A DNA stretch of 64,000 bases, from NCBI GenBank assembly GCA_963773975.1, contig CAVZDJ010000037.1:37727-101726 (forward strand). The letters are read 5' to 3'. This DNA comes from an uncultured delta proteobacterium. GTDB taxonomy: Bacteria; Desulfobacterota; Binatia; Binatales; Binataceae. Under the pieces are notes generated by a model. That model was not told the DNA's origin. It searched no databases and was given only the letters and a program-made list of their open reading frames with translations. Numbering within the stretch: the first letter of the stretch is position 1; every line of letters begins with the position of its first letter. Position numbers and translations under genes: made by a program. Below are positions 48,617-58,483 of the stretch, one piece after another.

Positions 48617-49627
48617 ATGAAGGTCGGTTATTTTCCGTGTACCCAGGACCCGCCGCACGGCGCCAATATCGGCGGCGTGCTGCGCGAGGCGATCGTGGAG
48701 GCGCAGGTTGCGGAAGAGAGCGGCTTCGACAGCTGCCTGTTCAGCGAACATCATCAGCAGGAAGACTGCTACATCCCCAACGTCATTCTGATGGCCGGGA
48801 TGGTCGGGGTATGCACCAAGAAGATCAAAGTCGGCACCTGCGTCACGCTTATCCCGCTATGGCACGGAGTGCACGCGGCCGAAGACGCCGCGATCGTCGA
48901 TCAGATAACCGGCGGCCGCATGATTCTGAGCGTGGGTGTCGGCTACCAGGACCGCGATTTCGGGGCCTTCGGTCTTTCGATCAAGGAGCGCGCCGGACGC
49001 AGCGAAGAAGGCGTCGAGGTGATCAAGCGATGCTGGGAGCAGGAGCGCTTCTCCTATCACGGCAAGTTCTATGACCTGGATAACGTGATGATCACGCCCA
49101 AGCCGTTCCAGAAGCCGCGCCCGCCGATCTGGATGGCGGCGTGGAGCGACGTCGGAATCAAACGCGTGGCGCGGATCTCGGACGCATGGATAACCTCGCC
49201 GCTCGAGCACGTGAAGGTGATCAAACGCTTCGCCGATCTCTACCGCGCCGAGTGCAAAAAGCACGGCAAGAAGCCCTACCTGGTGCTGATGCGCGACATG
49301 CTGGTGTCGGACTCGATGGATTCGGCGCGGCGCGAGAGCGAACCGCTGATGTACACGCACAAGTTCTACTACCGCAACAATGGCTATGCGCCGGACGAAG
49401 TGATCGACAAGGTCAAGTCGGAAAACGATTGGACTTTCGACGTCGCCTCACCCAACCGGCTGATCGTCGGATCGCCCAAGGATTGTCTCGCACAACTGCA
49501 GATGTGGCAGAAGGAAGTGCAGCCCGACTACCTGGTCCTGCGCATGCGCCATCCGGGCGGCCCCTCGCACGAACGGACTAAGGAGGCGATTCGAGTTTTC
49601 GGCAAGGAGATCGGCCCGAAGCTCTGA
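48617..49627 (+). CDS. Luciferase-like monooxygenase (LLM) class flavin-dependent oxidoreductase
   Basis: TIM-barrel luciferase-like monooxygenase sequence (GFDSCLFSEHH..., GRMILSVGVGY...); 336 aa. Confidence 0.75.
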   Translation: MKVGYFPCTQDPPHGANIGGVLREAIVEAQVAEESGFDSCLFSEHHQQEDCYIPNVILMAGMVGVCTKKIKVGTCVTLIPLWHGVHAAEDAAIVDQITGGRMILSVGVGYQDRDFGAFGLSIKERAGRSEEGVEVIKRCWEQERFSYHGKFYDLDNVMITPKPFQKPRPPIWMAAWSDVGIKRVARISDAWITSPLEHVKVIKRFADLYRAECKKHGKKPYLVLMRDMLVSDSMDSARRESEPLMYTHKFYYRNNGYAPDEVIDKVKSENDWTFDVASPNRLIVGSPKDCLAQLQMWQKEVQPDYLVLRMRHPGGPSHERTKEAIRVFGKEIGPKL

Positions 49628-49651
49628 TTCCGAGTCGCAACGATTCTCACG

Positions 49652-49701
49652 CGGGCAGGGCGCCGCGGCTCAATCGCCGCGGCGCCCTGCCCCGTTTTTT
49701 C
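49652..49701 (+). terminator. Strong bidirectional rho-independent terminator
   Basis: A 16-bp GC stem (GGGCAGGGCGCCGCGG / CCGCGGCGCCCTGCCC) is followed by TTTTTTCTT. It lies between two convergent genes. Confidence 0.8.
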
Positions 49702-49747
49702 TTCGATCGCCGCCGGGTCGAGGCCGGCGAACCGAAGCGCCCCGGGT

Positions 49748-50149
49748 CTATCGATTAGGCGGAGGCGGAGTTTGAGGTCCTTGCGGGCCGGGGCCGCCCC
49801 ACTGCCTGGGCCGGCCGCCCCACGCTTGTGGACCCCAACCCATATTTCCAGGGCCACACGGTCCGCCCCAACCGAAACCCGGATGCGGCGGTGGGGGATA
49901 CGGACCGTAGCCGGGCATCCCCTCGGGGCCTGCCCATCCGGGCATCCCTGTCGTGGCCATGAACCTCGGTTCCCGCCGACGATGATGGCCATTTACGAGG
50001 ATCGCCAACGCGACCAAAACCAGCGCGGCAATCAGGCCACCGCGCCACCATCGATTCTCTCTCAAGACCTCTTGTTCGAGACGGCCGAGACGCGCTTCGA
50101 GGCGCTCCTGAGCTGTTTGATTTCCACCGCCACTGGAATCTTCCGGCAC
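49748..50149 (-). CDS. Single-pass membrane protein with a cytoplasmic coiled-coil N-terminus and a Gly/Pro/Trp-rich low-complexity C-terminus
   Basis: A GGGAGG ribosome-binding site lies 9 nt before a GTG start. The N-terminus is a coiled coil (TAQERLEARLGRLEQEVLRENRWW), followed by a transmembrane helix (GGLIAALVLVALAILV) and then GWGGPxGPG-type repeats. Confidence 0.5.
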   Translation of the reverse strand: MPEDSSGGGNQTAQERLEARLGRLEQEVLRENRWWRGGLIAALVLVALAILVNGHHRRREPRFMATTGMPGWAGPEGMPGYGPYPPPPHPGFGWGGPCGPGNMGWGPQAWGGRPRQWGGPGPQGPQTPPPPNR

Positions 50150-50327
50150 GGTTCTTTACCTCCCTCTGTTTCGGCAGAGAAATGAACAGAAGACCCTCAA
50201 CCTGGCCAACCGAAGCAGAACCAAGGGCATACTCAGACCATTTCACGCCTGATGCAAAGACGCTGGACCGTGGCAGAAGTTTCATTTGGAGGGCCGAAGT
50301 TGCCCTCGATGGCGAGGAGGCGAAAGA

Positions 50328-51560
50328 TCAGCGGACGGCGCGCAGCGTGCGGCGCCCCGATCTCGCCGTGCGCAACGCCAGCAGCCGGTCGAGGATCACG
50401 TCGGCGACCTCGTCCTTGCTGAGCTTGGGATGCTCGATCGCGCGGCCATCGTCTCCGATGATGGTCACGACGTTGGTATCGACGGCGAAACCGGCGTCGC
50501 TCCGCGATACGTCGTTGGCGACGATAAGGTCGAGGCGCTTGCGCCGCAGCTTGTCGGCGGCATTTTCCTCGAGCTCCTGGGTCTCGGCGGCGAAGCCGAT
50601 CACGATGCGCGAGCCCTTGCGCGCGCTTAGCCGGGGCATCTCGTCGGCGATTGCTTCCAACTCGAGCGTCATGCCGCGCGCGTTCTTCTTGAGCTTGTGC
50701 GGCGCCTGCTGCGCGGGCCGAAAATCCGCCACCGCCGCCGCCATCACCAGTGCCGTGCTCCACGGAAAATTGCGTGCGGTCGCGTTCAGCATCTCGGCCG
50801 CGCTGATAGTGTCGATCCGCTCCGTGCCGTACGGCGTGCCGAGCGGCGACGGCCCGGCAATCAGTCTGACGCTCGCGCCGCGCCGCCACGCCGCGCGCGC
50901 GATCGCGAAGCCCATCTTGCCGGTCGATCGATTGGAGACGAAGCGCACCGGATCGATCATCTCCTGCGTCGGGCCGGCGGTCACCAGGATGCGCTCGGCA
51001 ACGAGATCGTGCGGCGAGAGCATCCGCTCGACCTCCTCGACGATCGCCGCGGGATCCGGCAGCCGCCCCTTGCCCTGGTAGCCGCAGGCGAGGTCGCCGG
51101 AGGCGGGCTCGATAACCGTAACGCCGCGCGCTTTCAGCCGCGCGAGATTCTCGACCACCGTCGGATGCGCGTACATGTGCACGTTCATCGCAGGCGCGAA
51201 CGCCACCCGGCACTGCACGGCGAGCAGGACCGTCGTCACGATATCGTCGGCGATACCGACCGCCGCCTTGGCGATTACGTCGGCGCTGGCGGGCGCGATC
51301 ACGATCGCGTCGGCGGTATCGGCGAGCCGGATATGGCCGATCTCGGATTCTTCGGTCAGGCTAAAGGTGTCGGTCGCGACCGGATTGGCGCTCAGCGTTT
51401 GCATCGTCAGCGGCGTGATGAACTCGGCCGCGTTGCGCGACATCATCACGCGCACTCGCGCCTGCCGCGCGGTCAGCAATCGCACCACCTCGGCGGCCTT
51501 GTACGCGGCGATCCCGCCGCATACGCCGACCACGATCGTCTTGTCCTTTAACACGCCCAT
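50328..51560 (-). CDS. coaBC: Bifunctional phosphopantothenoylcysteine decarboxylase / phosphopantothenate-cysteine ligase
   Basis: The flavoprotein N-terminus (IVVGVCGGIAAYKAAEVVRLL) is followed by the CoaB domain; 410 aa. Confidence 0.9.
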   Translation of the reverse strand: MGVLKDKTIVVGVCGGIAAYKAAEVVRLLTARQARVRVMMSRNAAEFITPLTMQTLSANPVATDTFSLTEESEIGHIRLADTADAIVIAPASADVIAKAAVGIADDIVTTVLLAVQCRVAFAPAMNVHMYAHPTVVENLARLKARGVTVIEPASGDLACGYQGKGRLPDPAAIVEEVERMLSPHDLVAERILVTAGPTQEMIDPVRFVSNRSTGKMGFAIARAAWRRGASVRLIAGPSPLGTPYGTERIDTISAAEMLNATARNFPWSTALVMAAAVADFRPAQQAPHKLKKNARGMTLELEAIADEMPRLSARKGSRIVIGFAAETQELEENAADKLRRKRLDLIVANDVSRSDAGFAVDTNVVTIIGDDGRAIEHPKLSKDEVADVILDRLLALRTARSGRRTLRAVR

Positions 51561-51650
51561 CTGACACGCCTATCCCGGGCCAATTCTACGGTGTCGGCGG
51601 GAGGTGGAGAAAGAGCCCCGCCGACGCAGCGCAGGGCCGCAGGCGCGCCG

Positions 51651-52754
51651 CTAGCGTTCGATCTCGCCGCTAATGAACTTCTCGACCCGCTCGCGGGCGA
51701 TATCGTCGGCGATTTGACGCGGCGGATGCTTCATCGTGTAGGCTGCGATCGAGTAGAGCGGGCCGCCGATTTTGCGGTCGCGCGCCAGACGCAGGCAGCG
51801 AATCGCGTCGATCACCACGCCGCCCGAATTCGGCGAATCCTGCACCGACATCCGGAGCTCCAGCTCGATCGGGATTCCGGCGAAGCCCTCGCCCTCGATC
51901 CGCAGGAAGCAGACCTTGTTGTCGCGCTGCCAGGCGACGTAGTCCGACGGTCCGATATGCACGTCGTTGTCAGGCATCCGCTCGGGCATCACGCTCTGCA
52001 CCGCCTCGGTCTTGGACTTGCGCTTGGAGCCCAGGCGCGAGCGATCGAGCATGTTGAGAAAGTCGGTATTGCCGCCGGTATTGAGCTGATAGGTGTGGCG
52101 CACCTTGATCCCGCGATCGGCGAACAGCTTCATGATGGTGCGATGCAGGATGGTCGAGCCGAGCTGCGATTTCACATCGTCACCGACCACCGGGATTTTG
52201 CGCTCGGTGAATTCGGCCGCCCATTTATCGTTCGACACGATAAACACCGGCATGCAGTTGAGCAGGCTGACGCCCGTCGCAAGGCAGGCGCGCGCGTAAC
52301 GCTCGACCGCCTTCTGGCTGCCGACCGGCAGATAACACAGCATCACCTCGGCGCCGCTCTCGCGCAGGCGCCGCTCGAGGTCGACCGGCTTTTCGTTCGC
52401 CGGCAGGAAGCTCGATTCGGGCGGATACTGCGACATATGCTCGGCGACGCCGTCATGAATCTCGCCCATGTCGACGGTGACCCCGTACTTGGGCAGGTCG
52501 CGCCAGATGGTGATGGTATTGTTGGGCATCGCGAAGCAGGCGTCCTCGAGCGGCCGGCCAACCTTGCGCGAATCGATATCGAACGCGCAGGCGACTTCGA
52601 TATCGCCCGGCTTGTAGCCGGCAAGATCGTAATGCATCAGGCCGATCGGACTGCGCTGCGCGTGGGCCGGGGCATGCTGGTAGAACTCGATGCCCTGGAG
52701 GAGGGAGGAAGCGCAGTTACCCACTCCGACGATTGCTATTCGAATCTTCGCCAT
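51651..52754 (-). CDS. ino1: myo-Inositol-1-phosphate synthase (bacterial/archaeal type)
   Basis: I take the start at MAKIRIAIVGVGNCASS, which is the NAD-binding N-terminus. 367 aa with Ino1-family motifs throughout. Confidence 0.75.
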   Translation of the reverse strand: MAKIRIAIVGVGNCASSLLQGIEFYQHAPAHAQRSPIGLMHYDLAGYKPGDIEVACAFDIDSRKVGRPLEDACFAMPNNTITIWRDLPKYGVTVDMGEIHDGVAEHMSQYPPESSFLPANEKPVDLERRLRESGAEVMLCYLPVGSQKAVERYARACLATGVSLLNCMPVFIVSNDKWAAEFTERKIPVVGDDVKSQLGSTILHRTIMKLFADRGIKVRHTYQLNTGGNTDFLNMLDRSRLGSKRKSKTEAVQSVMPERMPDNDVHIGPSDYVAWQRDNKVCFLRIEGEGFAGIPIELELRMSVQDSPNSGGVVIDAIRCLRLARDRKIGGPLYSIAAYTMKHPPRQIADDIARERVEKFISGEIER

Positions 52755-52954
52755 GTCCCCTCTTCTCGATTCACCGCCCGTATCCACAAATACGGCTCAG
52801 GTGCGTCCGCATGGACCGCCCCCAAAGCATAAGTGGAACTGATAGTGCTCTGTCGTTCTATAGGAGCGGGGCAGCAAAGTAAATTACCCCGGACGCGGTT
52901 GCCCACAGCGTCCCGGAGCGATTTCGCCCGGAGATGGCGAAACCGGCCGCCGTC

Positions 52955-53290
52955 TCAACCTGCTCGAAACCTCGATGGAAATGGATCGTCGAATTGCCGG
53001 CCCGGATGGAGCCTGCGCGCGCGCTCGATAAGCGCCGGTTCCCGCTCCGGGACGTTGGGGTCAGGGATGCAACAATCGACCGGGCATACCATCGCGCACT
53101 CCGCCCGATCGAAAAAACCGACGCACTCGCTGCACTTGTCGGGCGCGATGTAATAAATGTTCTCCCTAAGCGGCGGATGCTCCTCGCCGTCGAGTTCCCA
53201 CTTCTGTCCGCGCTTGTAAATCGCGTTGTTGGGGCACATCGGCGCGCAAAAGCCGCAATTGATGCACTCTTCGGTAATCAGCGTCGACAT
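52955..53290 (-). CDS. fdx: 4Fe-4S dicluster ferredoxin (YfhL-like)
   Basis: I take the start at MSTLITEECINCGFCAPMCPNNAI. It has two CxxCxxCxxxCP motifs. Confidence 0.8.
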   Translation of the reverse strand: MSTLITEECINCGFCAPMCPNNAIYKRGQKWELDGEEHPPLRENIYYIAPDKCSECVGFFDRAECAMVCPVDCCIPDPNVPEREPALIERARRLHPGRQFDDPFPSRFRAG

Positions 53291-53395
53291 GTTGCAGCGA
53301 CCGAGCTCCCCAAAGCCAGCGCCCCCAGCGACGCTTTCTGTCCCAGCGTTGTGAGAATATCGGCGCCTGCCCATGCTGGCAAGGGACACTCGGCG

Positions 53396-54451
53396 CTAGT
53401 CCTTGGGCATCGCCGCCAGCACGCCGCGCGCGAGATCCATAAAGGCGCGACTTGCGGGATGCTCGGGGTCCTTCAGCACGATCGGCATCCCCGCGTCGCC
53501 CGCCTCGCGCACCTCGAGATGGATCGGAATCTGCGCCAGCACCCGCGTCCCCTCTTCCATCGCAAGCTTCGCCCCGCCGCCCGCGCCGAACAACTCGTCG
53601 CGCTCGCCGCAATCGGGACAGACGAAGTAGCTCATGTTCTCGACTACGCCGATCACCGGGCAGTGCAACTGATGGAGCATCCGCGCGGCCCGCGTCGCGT
53701 CGAGCAGCGCCACGTCCTGCGGCGTGGTGACGATCACCGCGCCGTCGAGCGCGACCTGCTGCGCCAGCGTTAGCTGCGCGTCGCCCGTGCCCGGCGGCAG
53801 ATCGACGATCAGAAAATCCTGGGTGCCCCACAGCGTGTCCTTGAGGAACTGGCGCACCGCGCCCATCACCATCGGTCCGCGCCAGATGACCGGCGACTTG
53901 TCGGTCAGAAAAAAGCCCATCGAGATGAGCTTCACGCCGTAGCGCTCGACCGGGTAGAAATTCTGCCCGCCGGCCGCGCGCGGCCGCTCCTCGTCCACCC
54001 CGAACATCATCGGCACCGACGGCCCGTAAACGTCCGCGTCCATCAACCCGACCGTCATCCCGAGCTGCTTGAGCGCCATCGCGAGGTTCACCGCGACCGT
54101 CGATTTGCCGACTCCGCCCTTGCCGCTCAGCACCGCGACCACGTAGCGCGTGCCCTCCAGGCGCACGCGTCCGGTCTTTTCGCCCAGCTCGGCTTCGAGC
54201 TTGCGCAGCTTGAGCTCGACCCGCGCAACTCCAAGGTCGCGCTTGAGCGTGGTGCTGATTGCGCCGGCCAAATCGTGCATCAGGCGGTCGCTCTCGCTCA
54301 CCTGGCGCACGATCACCGCGAAACCGCCGGCGGTCTGAAGCGGCTCGACCGCCTCGATAATTCCGAGCGAAACGACGTCGGTCGCGTAGCCGGGATAGTT
54401 CACCCGGCCGAGCGCTTCGAGCACTGCGTCAACGGTTATCAGCCTGGCCAC
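53396..54451 (-). CDS. apbC: Mrp/NBP35 family iron-sulfur cluster carrier ATPase
   Basis: An N-terminal DUF59-like domain is followed by the P-loop VLSGKGGVGKST and then CPDCG (CxxC). 351 aa. Confidence 0.85.
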   Translation of the reverse strand: MARLITVDAVLEALGRVNYPGYATDVVSLGIIEAVEPLQTAGGFAVIVRQVSESDRLMHDLAGAISTTLKRDLGVARVELKLRKLEAELGEKTGRVRLEGTRYVVAVLSGKGGVGKSTVAVNLAMALKQLGMTVGLMDADVYGPSVPMMFGVDEERPRAAGGQNFYPVERYGVKLISMGFFLTDKSPVIWRGPMVMGAVRQFLKDTLWGTQDFLIVDLPPGTGDAQLTLAQQVALDGAVIVTTPQDVALLDATRAARMLHQLHCPVIGVVENMSYFVCPDCGERDELFGAGGGAKLAMEEGTRVLAQIPIHLEVREAGDAGMPIVLKDPEHPASRAFMDLARGVLAAMPKD

Positions 54452-54571
54452 GCGACGATTATTTCAGAAGCGAACCAGTGCGCGAAACGCTCGCCAGGCC
54501 GCGCTTCGGGTCTTTAGCGTCATCCTGAGCGAGCGTGTCTCCGGAATTCCTCTTATCGGCACAGTTCCGGA

Positions 54572-55653
54572 TCACTTACGCAGTTCCTGGATCACTTCGC
54601 GCACCACGCCGCGCTCGCGGTCGCCGTGGATCGGAATTTCGAAGTCGAGCCGGTTGACCCCGGCGAAGCGCTTCTTCATCACCGCCGCAATATCGTTGTA
54701 GGTGCCGACCGCGGCGAACGCATGCACCATCTCCTCGGTCACCAGCTTGGGCATCTCGCGCCATTTCTGTTGCACCGACAGCCGATGAAGCTGCTCGGCC
54801 TGGTCGCCCCAGCCCTCGAGCTCGAAGCTTGCGCGGTACGATCGCGTCGAGCCATAAAACGCGATCGTCTCTTTCATCTTCTCGACCGCGCGCGCCAGCG
54901 AATCAGTGTCGGGCGCGATGCACAGAAAGCCGCCGCCCGAAATCTGGAAGGTTTCCCACTCGGCCGCCGGCCGTCTCGACTTCGCGAATCCTTTGCGCAA
55001 GTTGGGAAACGCGATCTCGTCGAGGTAGCGGCGCGTGCAGATGCCGTGCAGCCGGACACCGTCACACACTTCGCCCGCGACTTGCAGCATCTGCTCCTGC
55101 ACCGCGGCGATCAGCACCGGGATGTGCGGATGCTTGAGCGGGGGCGGCGCGAAGTTGGGCGTCATCAGCGATAGATTGTAGTGCTCGCTTTGAAAATCGA
55201 GCGCCGCACCCTGCCCGCTCTGCCAGGTCTTCCAGCACGCGCGCATCGCACCGACGTAGTCCTTCATCCGTTGCGCCGGCTTGGTAAACGGCATCCCGAA
55301 GCGCCGCGTGATATGGCCTTTGACCTGCGAGCCCAGGCCGAGCACGAGCCGCCCGCCGCTCATCCGCTGGAGGTCCCACGCGGTGTACGCGGTTGCGACC
55401 GGGCTCCTGGTGAACGCGAGCGCGATTCCCGTCGCCAGTTCGACCGTCGAGGGCTCCTGCGCGGCGACCGCGAGCATCAGGTACGGGTCGTGCTGCACCT
55501 CGACCGCGACGACCGTGTCATAGCCGAGCGCTTGGGCCTCGCGCACCTGCTCGCAGAGCTTCGCCCAGGTCGGTTCGGGCTTGCCGCCCGCGCCCATCTC
55601 CGGCGTATAGGCGGCGCCGAGATTCAGCATCCGCTCGATTTTTATTTTAGCCA
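54572..55653 (-). CDS. Luciferase-like monooxygenase (LLM) class oxidoreductase, probably F420-dependent
   Basis: I take the start at MAKIKIERM (ATG at 55653). The luciferase-like TIM barrel resembles the F420-dependent subfamily (from memory). The ORF-track 5' extension belongs to glyA in another frame. Confidence 0.6.
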
Positions 55654-55665
55654 TTTTGCGCCGCT

Positions 55666-56919
55666 CTACGTCGCGATGCCTGGTGCGGGAAAGCGGCGGC
55701 ACATCTCGGTGACCTCGCCGTTGATTCGCGCGAGCGCCGCCTCGTCGTCGGCGTGCGCGACCGCCTGGTCGATCCATCGCGCGATCTGGCGCATCTCGCC
55801 CTCGCCCATCCCGCGCGAGGTCACCGCCGGCGTGCCGAGCCGCATCCCGCTGGGGCTGAAGGGCTTGCGCGGATCGTAGGGCACGGTGTTGTAGTTGCAG
55901 ACGATCCCGGCGCGATCGAGCGCCTGCGCCGCCTTCTTGCCGATCACTTTCTTGTTGGTCAGGTCGATCAGGATGAGATGGTTGTCGGTGCCGCCCGAGA
56001 CCAGGTTGAAGCCGCGCGCGAGTCAACTCGTCGGCCATCGCCTTGGCGTTGCGCACGATCTGATGGCCGTATTCCTTGAAGGCCGGGCGTCGCCGCCTCC
56101 TTGAGCGCCACGCCGATCGCCGCGGTGGTGTGATTGTGCGGGCCGCCCTGCAGGCCGGGGAATACCGCCTGGTCGATCTTGTCGGCAACCGCGTTGCGGC
56201 ACATGATCATCGCGCCGCGCGGGCCGCGCAGGGTCTTGTGGGTGGTGGTGGTGACGACGTCGGCGTACGGGCACCGGAGTCGGGATGCGCACCGGCGACG
56301 ATCAGGCCCGCGATATGCGAGATGTCGGCGAGCAGGAACGCGCCGACCTCCTTGGCGATCTCGCCGAAAATCTTGAAATCGAACTGGCGCGGATAGGCGG
56401 TGGCCCCGGTCACGATCATTTGCGGCCGCTCGCGCCGCGCCATCTCGCGCACCGCGTCGTAGTCGATGCGCTCGGCTCTCGCGATCGACCGCGTAATGCA
56501 CCGGCTGCCAGAAAATTCCGGTGATGCTCACGTTCCAGCCGTGCGTCAGATGGCCGCCGTGCGGCAGCGCGAGGCCCATCAGCTTGTCGCCCGGCTTGAG
56601 CAGCGCGAAGTAGACCGCGAGGTTGGCGGGCGAGCCGGAGTAGGGCTGGACGTTGGCGTGCTCGGCGCCGAACAACGCCTTGGCGCGCTCGATCACGATG
56701 CGATTCGATCTGATCGATATAGCGCTGGCCCTCGTAATAGCGCCGGCCCGGATAGCCCTCGGAATACTTGTTGGTCAGGACCGAGCCGGTCGCCTCGAGC
56801 ACCGCCTGGGAGACGTAATTCTCCGACGGGATCAGGCGCACGGATTCGAGCTCGTAGCGCTCCTCGGCGCTGATCAGATCGTAAATTTCGGGATCGGTCT
56901 GCTTGAGCGCGTCCATCAT
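55666..56919 (-). pseudogene. glyA: Serine hydroxymethyltransferase, interrupted by five or more frameshifts
   Basis: Matches to serine hydroxymethyltransferase are spread over at least five frame-shifted ORF pieces. These include [15 protein letters not shown]...[28 protein letters not shown]...[21 protein letters not shown]...[46 protein letters not shown] and KKAAQALDRAGIVCNYNTVPYDPRKPF...GTPAVTSRG. Confidence 0.75.
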
Positions 56920-56956
56920 AATTGCCGCCGCATTGTGCCGCCATTGCGTATTTTGA

Positions 56957-58321
56957 TTAATGCAAATCGACGGGCGTGACGCGCGCGATCCACGCCCGAT
57001 AGTTGCCCTCGTAACCGATCGCGCGTTGACGCTCGCGCACCCGGCGCATCACTTCGGCCACCTGCTCCGGCCCAAGCCCAGGCCGCGCTGTCATCGCGTC
57101 GGCTATCCGCTCGCCCTGCCGCCCGGCCTCCTTGCGTGCGCCCTCGGCCAACGGAACGTCGTCGCCGTTGAGTCCCAGGTAAGCCTCGGCCACGTGGATG
57201 CCGACGAAGGTGCCGCTCTCGAGCGAGTCCTTGATATTGCCCTTGCCGGTCAGCACGTTGCCCGCCGCGTACACCGCCGTCGGTCCGTCGTCGAGCAGCC
57301 CAACCGTCGCGTCGATATAGGCGTAGACTTCGCCCTTGGACGGGATGCCGGGGATTTGCTCCGGGATGCTGCCGATCGAGCTGATGGTGAGGGGCGCGGG
57401 CACGGGCGAGGCCGAGTCGGGAAGCGTGCGCACCTGGCCGTCGACGACCTCGGTGCGGCTCATCTGGACGCCGACCATCCGGCCGTCTTCGATGATCAGC
57501 CCGGTCGGCACGCGCAGCTCCTCGAACTCGAAAAGGTACTTGCGCTGCGCCTTGTCCAGGATCTTGGCGCGCGCCGCGCGCATCGCCTCCGCCCGCTTGG
57601 GCGGCGCGTCGGGCGCGATGTCGGAGAGCGGCATGTCGAGCACGCGCCGACGGTAGTAGAGCTTGCATGGCGCGACGCCGAGGTCGGCGTACTTGAGCCC
57701 GCGCGCAGCGAGCACCGGCTCGAGGCCTTCGCGCTCCAGGCGCAGCATGTCCTCCTCGATCCCGCGGGCACGCAACGCCTTGAGCGCGGTTTCGATCTGC
57801 AGCACCTTGACGACGTCGATCGAGGCGAGGCCGCCGCCGATCACGATCGCACCGGGCGGAAGGTCGTAGCGCGGCCCGTCGTAGGCCTTCTCGGGGTAGT
57901 GGTTGAACCAATAGATGAGCCGGTTCTGATACACCAGGCCGCGATCGATAAACTGGTCGGCGCCCTCGACCGCGAGCGGACGGTCGCGCCATGCGCCATG
58001 CGCCAGCACTACCGCGCTGAGCCCCCAGTGCAGGCGCAGATCGTCGAAGTTGATGTCGGTGCCCATCCGGGTTAGCGGGACGAACTCGATATTCGGATGG
58101 TCGAGGCGACGGTTGATTTCCTCATACTCGTCGCGGCGTTGCTTGACGTGCCATCGCGGCAGCCCGTCCTCGATCTTGCCGTAGGGACGCGGGTTCTGCT
58201 CGATGACGACAACTTGTGCGCCGCGCTTGGCCAGGATGTGGGCGATTTCAGCGCCTGCGGTGGCGGCGCCGACTACCGCGACGACGTGACGCGGCGTTTT
58301 TCTGGTTATGGATTCCGTCAT
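56957..58321 (-). CDS. FAD/NAD(P)-binding oxidoreductase (FprA/adrenodoxin-reductase-like ferredoxin-NADP+ reductase candidate)
   Basis: An N-terminal dinucleotide-binding motif ([29 protein letters not shown]) and a second Rossmann segment ([15 protein letters not shown]). 454 aa. Confidence 0.5.
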   Translation of the reverse strand: MTESITRKTPRHVVAVVGAATAGAEIAHILAKRGAQVVVIEQNPRPYGKIEDGLPRWHVKQRRDEYEEINRRLDHPNIEFVPLTRMGTDINFDDLRLHWGLSAVVLAHGAWRDRPLAVEGADQFIDRGLVYQNRLIYWFNHYPEKAYDGPRYDLPPGAIVIGGGLASIDVVKVLQIETALKALRARGIEEDMLRLEREGLEPVLAARGLKYADLGVAPCKLYYRRRVLDMPLSDIAPDAPPKRAEAMRAARAKILDKAQRKYLFEFEELRVPTGLIIEDGRMVGVQMSRTEVVDGQVRTLPDSASPVPAPLTISSIGSIPEQIPGIPSKGEVYAYIDATVGLLDDGPTAVYAAGNVLTGKGNIKDSLESGTFVGIHVAEAYLGLNGDDVPLAEGARKEAGRQGERIADAMTARPGLGPEQVAEVMRRVRERQRAIGYEGNYRAWIARVTPVDLH

Positions 58322-58483
58322 GGGGCGTGAATCTTAGCGTTGAGGAGCGGTGCGGTAAAAGAGCTTCGAAGGCTCGCGGCGCTTCCGCTACAATTTTGTA
58401 ACATAAGATCGTGGCGCACATGAACCATTGAAACATCGCGGCCAGTCTGTGCGTCTCGTCTTGCGCGCGGCCAAGGCTCGTGG

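Noticed and set aside
55654-56188. 5' part of the 538-aa ORF 54572-56188
   Set aside because: This part is glyA read in a shifted frame (AFKEYGHQIVRNAKAMA) followed by junk. The luciferase-like oxidoreductase starts at MAKIKIERM (55653).
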